The notes beneath the pieces are model-generated. The model was not told the DNA's origin. It made no database searches and saw only the letters and a list, made by a program, of their open reading frames with translations. The translations under genes were made by a program, and so were the position numbers. A stretch of DNA of 64,000 nucleotides, filler included, from Porpidia crustulata (taxonomy: Eukaryota): the NCBI GenBank assembly GCA_964255105.1. It is 11 parts of 11 records of this genome, joined end to end, with 100 filler letters (N's around TTAATTAATTAA, not from the genome) between each part and the next. Parts side by side here need not be neighbours in the genome. Positions count along the whole stretch, not along the records: positions 52,765 to 58,515 come from CAXUWE010001713.1; positions 58,616 to 64,000 come from CAXUWE010001829.1; 9 more parts are not named here. The stretch is one strand, 5' to 3'. Below, in pieces: positions 55,400-64,000 of the stretch (its first letter is position 1; each line of letters begins with the position of its first letter).

Positions 55400-58300
55400 T
55401 TCACTTATTGTGGAGGGTGGCAGACCGTCTCGGATACTTTCTCTCACGGACAAAGCAGCCTCCACAGATCTTTCGTACGTTGCATGATCAGCTCCCGTTG
55501 CTAATTCAGACATTTGAAGAAATCAAGATTGCGTGCGAGAAGGAGAAGATCTCAGTTGAACAGCAATAATCTTGATTGAAGACCGTGTAAGGATGTGTGA
55601 GACTGACCAACGCGCTCGAGGCGAATTTGGAAGAGTGCCTGCCCTTACCGGATGACTCATTTTTGATAAAAGGGAAGAAGGCCATCAAAAGCATCAAGGC
55701 AGAGAAGAACATCGCTGAAATTCAACGGATTCTTGAGACGTACAAGTCAACCTTGACGCTCTATTTCAGTCATCTTACAGTCATGGCTTCGTCAGGCCAA
55801 AGTCTGCCCGCTGTGACGGCAGAGTCAAATTCTACGAGATCCCTGCAATAAGGGTCAAGCATTTTGTTGGACGGAAATACTTGCTCGATCGCATACACAA
55901 GTTCTTCAAAGAGGGTGCACTAGTCGTCGTCTTGATTGGAATGGGAGGTAAGGCTCCCCGAACAGAATTGGAACCAATTGAGTTCTGCAATTGATATATT
56001 GCAGGTCAGGGAAAGACACGATTGTCGCTTGAGTACTGCAGAGCAGAACGAACAGAAAATTCCATCTTCTGGGTTGACGCGACTTCCATGGGGACGGTCA
56101 ACCGAAGTTTCGAAGGCATTGCCTTGAAATTGGTACCAGGCTCAAAATTTTCGAACCCAGAAGCTGCCCGCACATTCGTATTGAAGAAATTCGAGGACCT
56201 GTCAGATCCGGTCTTGATGATATTTGATAATTATGACAAGCCTACCGAGTTCCCCACCATTCGAGACTATCTTCCGCGTAGTTCCAAGATTATCTTCAAC
56301 AGTCGCCATACGGATGCGAAGAGGTTAGGTAAGGATGTCGAGATTGGCGCTATGACTGCAGAGGTGAGCATACTTCGGAGCGCCTTTTCCCTCGTGAAGT
56401 GCTCTTCACCTGTTGCTAAGACACGCTTGAGTGAGAGAATTGCCAGATTCATAGACTTCAGCCGCTGTTTAGCAGGATGAGAAGGAAAGCTGACCCAGAT
56501 ACTCGCTACAGGAAGGTGTGGAATTGCTACTACTTCAATCTGGGTATGAACGGACTGAGGAAACCGTGGAGGAAGCCCGCAAGATTGTCGAAACCCTTGG
56601 AGGTCTCGCCCTTGCAATTGATCAGGCTGCGACATATATTGGAGCTCGAGGTATACCGTTGAAATCGTTCGCTGAGGTCTTTGCCATACGCAGATCGGCC
56701 ATACTGAAGCACACTTCAACACATTGGGAGTATTCGAAGTCCAGGCTAGAGGAGCGCGACAAGCCCTTATTTGTATTCACTACGTGAGAAATGTCTTTCG
56801 AGCAGCTACAAGTCACTCATTACGAACGTAATTCATTGGTCCATTTATTGACTCCGGGAGCATTCGCAGACACTTGAGACATTAGTGAAGGGCTCTTTAG
56901 CCTTTATGCTCAGCAAGCTAGTAAGCCAAAATGGCTCGAGTATTTCATGGACGGCACGAATTGGGACAGTGAAAATAATCAAGACTCGATCGTTCGTCTC
57001 CTAAGTATCTCGCTCGTGACAAGTATCGATCTAATGGCAACGGATGCCCGCTTTTCGTTTCACCCGCTTATCGCTGAGTGGCTAAAACTCCGTGTCGATG
57101 ACAAAGTCCGAGACGAGTATGTCGAAGAAGCCATCCATGTCGTCCGTCTATTCGTCGACAATGGCGACAAAAAGGAGATGCCAATTCGTGACAAGGGAGA
57201 AATTCTCAGCCATCTGGACGCTGTCATTGCGGGAGATGAATTGCTGCATACAAATGGGCATCAAGTCTCCAAGACGCTTCAGGACGCAATGGTCTCATTC
57301 GGCAGCTTCTACCGCCGCCTAGGCCGGTAAGTACATTTCAGAGTTTTGTCACCAGTTTTGAGGCTTTTTGCGGAATATAAAACACGTTTGGATGATGTGA
57401 AAAGCTTCGGCCAATTTTGTTTCGGTCAACTTATTTTGCAACCACTCAGGATGATATCTCTCGCGATGTATTCTAATTTCAATCTGAGGCTTTGATTTGC
57501 TTTAGCTACCAAGAAACGAAGCATCTGATCGAACGTGCCCTGCAAGGCGATCACGAAGTCACGCCTAAGATCCGCAACGTCCTAGCAAACATGTACTGCG
57601 ACCGAGGCGACCTCTTCGAAGCCGAAAACCTCTACACGCAAATTCTTATCAACCTGAAAGAGACACCCCCAACCAAAGACCCCAATAAACACCTCCATAG
57701 CACCCGCCTCGGCGTCTTCTACTGGACCCAGGACGACAAACTCAACGCCTCGGGCACGAAGCTCGAAGGCGTCCATCCCAGCGACTTTAGCGCCTTCGAC
57801 CCGTGGTTCGTGTCCGCGTTAAGCACAAAGAACGGCCTCGCAATCGCCTACATGAAGGAAGGTCGTCTCTGCACGGCCGAAACACTCTTCAAGCAAGCGC
57901 TCGAAGGTCGTGAAAAAGCCTCTGGCTTCGAAGACCGCAAAACCCTTGAGATCGTCAACCACCTTGGCGCGCTCGAAGTTTTAAAGGGAGATTTTATTGC
58001 TGCGGAACGCCTACTTCTTCGTGCCTTGGCCGGAATCGAGCGGCAATATGGATCAGGCTCTACGAAGACGCAAATGATCTTCTGCAACCTCGGTCTATGC
58101 TATCTCGAATCCGCTCAGTACGACAAGGCGGAACACTATCTTAGCCGCGCAGCCCGCAATCTCGAAGACGCTTTGGGGCCTGCTCACCTCTTCACTCCGA
58201 CCACCTTTCACAATCAAGGCCTGCTGCATCTCAAACAGCATGACTATACAGCCGCTGGAGCGAAATTCGAACGTGCGATTGAGGGCTGGAAGGCCAGTGG

Positions 58301-58515
58301 CGAAGGCGTGGCGAAGAGTGAAGGCGATAGTAAGTATTGTCTCGCTACCATCTATGAGACTCTGGAGGACAAAAGAGTGGAAGCGGAAGCGCTGCTGAGG
58401 GAGCAGGCTTTGAGGAAAGAGCATCCGCAGACTGTGGAGGCGGGGAGGAGGGCCGCTCAGGCCGATATCGATGGAGCTATTTCATGCTCCCCACTGCTGC
58501 AGCACTGCCCTATTA
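55400..58515 (+). pseudogene. Fungal NLR relic: SesA-like N-terminus, NB-ARC, TPR repeats
   Basis: HFVGR, Walker A GMG|GQGKT, Walker B LMIFDNYD, LGGLALAIDQAATYI, FHPLIAEW and kinesin-light-chain-type TPRs. Stops at 55567, 55573, 55588, 56785 and 56875, and a frameshift near 55830. Confidence 0.82.
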
Positions 58516-58615
58516 NNNNNNNNNNNNNNNNNNNNNNNNNNNNNNNNNNNNNNNNNNNNTTAATTAATTAANNNNNNNNNNNNNNNNNNNNNNNNNNNNN
58601 NNNNNNNNNNNNNNN
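58516..58615. other. Artificial contig spacer
   Basis: N44-TTAATTAATTAA-N44. Confidence 0.98.
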
Positions 58616-60557
58616 GGGGTATGTAGGATGGTGGGAATTGAGAAGGGATTGAGATAGACTTACCCCATGTGTATCCTTCGCCATAAGCTTCGGGGCCGTC
58701 GAGTTGGGTGATTTCGTAGCGAAGTCTGTTGTATATTTCCGATAGGTCGAACGCTTCGGCTTCGGAGTGGCTGCTTGGCTCGTGGATTGTCATGTCATAG
58801 ATGCCAAAATGCAATTGTCGCAGATGGAAAAGCGCGTCGTTGACGTGCTTTGTCTTGATGAGGTTCGATATTAATTCGTCGGGTAATTTCTCATCGGGTG
58901 TGGTCTGCCCTTTGGCCTGTTCTCGCCAGGCGGCCTCGTATTCGGGTGACAAGGAGGAGTAATGGTGACTTAAGGCTTTTAGCTGACTAGGCGTCCAGCA
59001 CCAATTCTCTAGCATTTGGCTTGGAGCTTCGACAAAATCGCGGACGGTATTTGTGCCATGGAAGCGGGAATAAGTGGTTCTTGAAACGAGGTCGTGGATG
59101 CCATGGCCGAGTTCGTGGAATAGAGTGACCACTTCGTCGTGTTTGAGGAGACTGGGTTTCTTGGGTGTTGGCTTTGAGAAGTTGCAAACGAGCGCTGTGG
59201 CGGGGTATCTTCGTGTACCATTTTCCTGGATGAAACCTGGTTGAAGATTGAAGTTTGCAGCGTGGCCGTACTTGCCATCGCGAGGATGAAGATCAAGATA
59301 CAGATAACCGACGAATCCCTTACCTTCACCTTCGTCGTCCCATACGCTGAATACTTGCACATCAGGATGCCAAACAATATCATCACCTCTGCCGGTTGAA
59401 GAGATGGATGCACGATCAGATCCGGTAATTTCGACAAAGGACAGTCCAAAGAGCTGTTCGAAAATCTTCAACATGCCCTGGATGGAGGTTTGTATGGGAA
59501 AGTATTCAGCAATAATTTCTTGGTCCAAGGAGTAGTCTTGCTCGAGCATCAGGCGATCGTAATAGCGATGGTCCCAGAGATAGTATTTGCCATCAAAGCT
59601 CTTCTGTTCCTTGCGATCTTCTAGATCCTTTTCTTTCAGCGTCGCAAGTATCTTCTTCTCCGACGCTCCACCTTTTGTAAGTCGCGCCCTTAGATCGCCC
59701 AGAAAGTCGTCCACGGTCTTAGTTGTCTTGGCCATCTTGTCTTCTAGCTTGAAAGCGGCATGATTGGGATATCCTAGCAATCGAGCTGCTTCATCCCGTA
59801 AAAATACGGCTTCTTTGAATAACGGCACATTTTGATTGAGCTTGTTCTCATTTGCGATGAAAACTGTCTTCCGTGTTGCTGGATTGGTTGCGTGTTTCAT
59901 CACAGGAAAGAGATCTGGGTACTTGAACGTCATCTTGATCTTGCCAGTGTTTTCCTCGTCTCCCTTAGCAAAACCTGATAGCACATCCTCAGGTACCCCA
60001 TTGAGTTCCTCTGATGAGAACCACAGGCCTTTGTTCTCCTCATTTAAATTCTTTTGAAATACGATACTGATCTCGCTGAGCCTCTTCTTGATCCCTTTGA
60101 ATCGATCTCGTTTTGGCCCAGCCGGTATTCCCAAGCCATTCCGAATATAGTTCTTGCGTTCTTTCTCTAGCAGCCGTTGAGACTCCGGGTCCAGCTTCTC
60201 GCCCTTGTGGAACACTGCCTCAACAGTATTATACACATCCTCACGCATGGAGGATTCGATAGAGAAGTCGTCCAGCAACCTCTCCGCCTCGGTGGAAGCA
60301 TCTCGTAATGTCTTATCCGTAGAAACTGCTTGATAAAAGCCTATGATATGCGATTCAAGCGCCATAGTATTCTCATCGTAGGCCATAGGAATCATGACGT
60401 TCTTAAAGGAAATCTCATTTTCCGACACCCCAGCAACTTTGTCTTGTACATTTCGTGACTTCTCAATGAGAAGCTTAGTATCCTCAACCACAGATTTAGG
60501 TGTTCCAATAAAGAGCGGTGGAGGCTGTAGGGGGTTCTTGAATGCTTGAGGCGCCAT
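58616..60557 (-). CDS. PRD1: M3 thimet oligopeptidase/saccharolysin, 3'-truncated
   Basis: YLDLHPRDGKYGHAA, LFHELGHGIH (HExxH) and DFVEAPSQMLENW. First in-frame ATG at 60557. A GTAAGT donor lies just before the contig edge. Confidence 0.93.
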
Positions 60558-61100
60558 CGCAGCAGTAGTCAATGGTCTGACCGAAGAGTAAGTCGGCCGT
60601 AAACTTGGCTTCGTATTTGCTTTAGGAAGTTGATGAAAGATTGCTGATACCCTCGAGGTGAATCGGGTAGGAGGAGCCAGGATGAGAGTGATGCCAATGA
60701 GGAGGAAAAGGACGGGGACACAGAGCTGCAAAGGCCGGGAGATAGCCAGCGTGGATGAATAGCTTGCTTTGAAGGAAAGAGATTGGCATCAAGTGTTATG
60801 GCCAGCTATCAACTGGCAATGAATGGTAGAACCAGAAATAAGACGTCTCAGCTTCCGTCACCGTTGCAGCATTACAGCTCTTAGCACTAGAGCGCGGCTA
60901 AAGCTCAGCTATCGATACCAGCGTGCCAGTATTCATTGAATTGACATCAGCCGTTACACTTCAGCTCCAGAAAGCTTGCTAGATGGTATTTTTGGTTTTC
61001 AAGTTCTTCATGAAGCAGTGATCAACAATCTCTTCGATGGTCACCTAGGCAGGCGATGGAATAATTTGTAAATAAGTGATGGGTATCATGCATCCAACCG

Positions 61101-63354
61101 CTAAAACCTTCGAACCCTCTCTGTCTTTCTCATACTCGGCGATACCCCATGCTTCATCACAAAGTCCTCGTCACCAATGCCCTCGTTAATGTCATCCATT
61201 ATATCCACCTCTCTAAGTTCCGGCGAAACGGTCGGACTCAATGCAATTTTTGGCCGACTCTTGAATATACTCGCATAATCTGCTTCTTGCGAAAACAATT
61301 GTTCTGGTGGCGTCGTCTCGTCCACTATTGTCTTGCTAGATTGCTTGTTAGGCGTCTCAAATTGATTCGTTGGATAACTTTTGGATGGTCGAGGCTGATA
61401 CAATGACTTCCTAGATTTAAGAGCCGTGGACGGCATGAGCGACATTGATTGACGAGTGCGTTCTAACAAGGTTGTACTCTTGGTAGTAAGGGACGGCGAG
61501 GAATCAATATTGCTCAGCGGTGGAGTTGGCGGCCGAGCTGGTGGATTGAGTCTGTGGATCTCATCGAGCGCTGTTAAAGTTGAGAATCCCATTGACCGAC
61601 GCGTTCGGTCTGCCAGAGAGCCCTTAGGTTTTGCAGGTGAGAGAGCAGAATTCATTGCTGAGGATGTGATTTCTTGGGCTAAGACTTCGTCTTCGTCGAG
61701 CACTTCTAGTGATATTTTATCTTCCGGGAATCTACTTGCGTTTCTCGTATTAGGGGCATTACCATTGCTGATAGCGGCAAGTTCTTGGGCCTTAGGCACA
61801 GCAACCTCAACGGGCGCGGTAATATCAAATTCTTGGGGTAAAGGATATGATTTCCTTCCAGTCGCCCTTCGCAGTGTATCACTTGCGCTGCTTGCATGGT
61901 GAGACGGATCCTTCGTGCGAGACGGATATGGAGGCCCAGATATACCAGGATCCGTTCCACCTAATTTTAGTGTAGAATCTTCCACCATGATGCTTGACTT
62001 CTTGACCTCATCGTGGTCTGCAAGAGGGACTGGTACAACAGAATTGCGGCTCTTTTCCATGCTTTGGGCGCATTCACGAAATTCCTTATCAGCGTCACTA
62101 AGCTCTACTCGCATAGAGCTCACTAGCCCAGCATACTCGTCTGTCATTTGGAGTGCGCAGCTCCTGTCTGCCGCTATCCGTTTTTCCTCCATCATATTGA
62201 GCTTCTTGGGGTCAAACACAACAGACTCATGTCTACTTAGATTGAGATCAAAACCTCGAGATGTATTTGCATCCTCTATTTTGCTTTTCTTAGATGGTTG
62301 TGGCTTTGACAATCCTAACAAATCATCTCTGATAGCCTTCCAGTGCTCAATTCTTACCTGTTGACTGGCTACTCTTTCCTCCAAATCCTGCAGAAGCCCC
62401 CTTTGGTCGATTGCGGTTGCCTTGTCTCCTTCACCTAGGCTAATCATGGGCCAGATGTCGAGGAAGTAAGTCTCAAGCAATGGGTCGCAAACATCATGTT
62501 CACCCCCTCTTACGATGATATCTAACCATCGAGGGTCCCCTTGCCAATGCATTTCAAATTGTTGTTTTATGGCTTGAGTATGGTGGTTTGGCACAATACT
62601 CGCTGCGCCGATCTCTTCAATTGCCTCTAGTTGCTCGATCTTCCAAGCTAAACCGTGCTCTTTTTCATCAAGAAGACGTTGCAACTCGGAATACCTTGAC
62701 TTGAACTGCTTTCTCCGGCGCAACACTGCTGTCAAAGATGCTCTATGCGCAATAGCGAGAGGTAACATAGACTGCTGGTCTGTTGACGGTACATTTGCAG
62801 CCAGAGCTAGCCGTTTCGCGATGCTTGCATTCCCAACTTTCTCAGCAGCAAGGACCTTTCGTAGCACGATCGTGGAGAACGAGACAAGCACTTCTTCGAA
62901 TTTGTCCCCTTTGCACTCATCAAGCATAGTTTTGCGAATGGCGACATCTCTGCCCAGTGTCCCTTTCTTTTTAAGCTCATTCAAGCACCGATAAAGCGCG
63001 GCGCGTAGGTTAAGGGACTGAAGGGGCTCAAGCGGGGGAAAGAACGGTTGCAGTTTCTACCGAAGGAACATCAGCCCATCGGTATATGATCAGGGTTGGT
63101 AAACTGCTTCTGACATTTCTAGTTTCCTCCAAGTCCCAAAGTTCGAATAGGCGATATAACGCCCACTCCACACAGCGGACGCGGTTTTTCTGATTCTGCT
63201 GCGCATCACTGGTACCGAGACTGCGCAGCGAGGCTGACGGCCAATCATGGTGTTTGTCTAAGTCTAGTAGTCGTAGATTGGTGAGAAAAAGCGAGGTATT
63301 CGAGGTCATATGCCTGGTGTGCGATTGTAAAGCGGATGTATTGAGTTTGCTCAT
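61101..63354 (-). CDS. HAUS6: Augmin/HAUS subunit 6 (~731 aa)
   Basis: LFLTNLRLLDLD, CVEWALYRLFELWD, N|KLQPFFPPLEPLQSLNLRAAL across intron 63057-63114, RKTMLDECKGD and C-terminal DYASIFKSRPKIALSP. Confidence 0.88.
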
Positions 63355-63811
63355 TGGGTAAAGTGAGCTGTGAAGGCATCATGTGGTGGTTTTCGTGTCA
63401 TGAGATTTAAAACATCATACTAATACCCTCACAGTTGGGTATTGATAATGTAGCAAAAGCGCATTCGTTGTTTGTACGTTGGTGGCAGTAGCAGCGGCAT
63501 ACTATCAACAAACCGGCTTAGGGAACAGGCACACAGGCGGAGGGGCTACCTGGAAAGGCCGCTAAAGATCAACAAAATTAGTGGCTTCAGATAAGATCTT
63601 ATCGGTCTCCAGCCACCGACTGACAGCTGCAGCTTGCTGACCCTTGCATTATCGCTTTGTAGACGTGCACACGTGTAGACATAGCAAACAACGAATATCA
63701 CTGACTTTACGCACTATAAAACCCTTCTCCTTCCCCACGATGATTGAAGTGCATAAATCCTATCTCTATCAAGATTGATTCCTCTCCGCAAAGCATCTAA
63801 AGAAAGCTACA

Positions 63812-64000
63812 ATGTCCCCGCAACGCCCAAACATCAAACAGACGCCATCGGTGGTGAACGATAACCCACCATTGACTGATCGACACCTTGGACAAGCCAC
63901 ACCTACACAGTCCTCTTCACAGAAGCAATGGTCCTTAACATCAGGTAACTTTGCCGCTCAATGCTACAACATGAGCCTCTCAGCTCACACTGACACCGAT
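63812..64000 (+). CDS. Probable first exon of an unidentified gene running off the window
   Basis: TATAAA at 63715, ACAATG start context, open frame to a GTAACT donor at about 63945 and a CTGAC branch point near 63990. Confidence 0.4.
   Translation, partial: MSPQRPNIKQTPSVVNDNPPLTDRHLGQATPTQSSSQKQWSLTSGNFAAQCYNMSLSAHTDTD

Overview
Fungal nuclear DNA from a filamentous ascomycete (Pezizomycotina; a lichen-forming lineage is plausible but only inferred), with short GT-AG introns and CTRAY branch points. The window is not contiguous. It is 11 contigs of about 5.75-5.77 kb, in descending size order, joined by artificial N44-TTAATTAATTAA-N44 spacers, so many genes are cut and adjacency across spacers means nothing. 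Recognisable genes: SRPK-like kinase, MINDY deubiquitinase, H2A.Z, Hst4-like sirtuin, Med16, Vps3-like, Coy1/CASP, NC2-beta, an SDR, an FAD oxidoreductase, aldose 1-epimerase, an AT-hook protein, a Myb-like protein, a divergent 14-3-3-like protein, Sam50, Ubc6, Prd1 and HAUS6. There are also pseudogenes: a GH13 alpha-glucosidase, a SesA-NB-ARC-TPR NLR and a membrane-protein relic. The standout is an intact-looking tRNA-Asp(GTC) gene (3457-3577, minus) interrupted in the D-stem, not at the canonical 37/38 site, by a 49-nt intron with spliceosomal signals (GTAATT...GCTAAC...CAG). A second pattern is repeated local C-rich to G-rich skew inversions that ignore gene orientation and coincide with assembly breaks.
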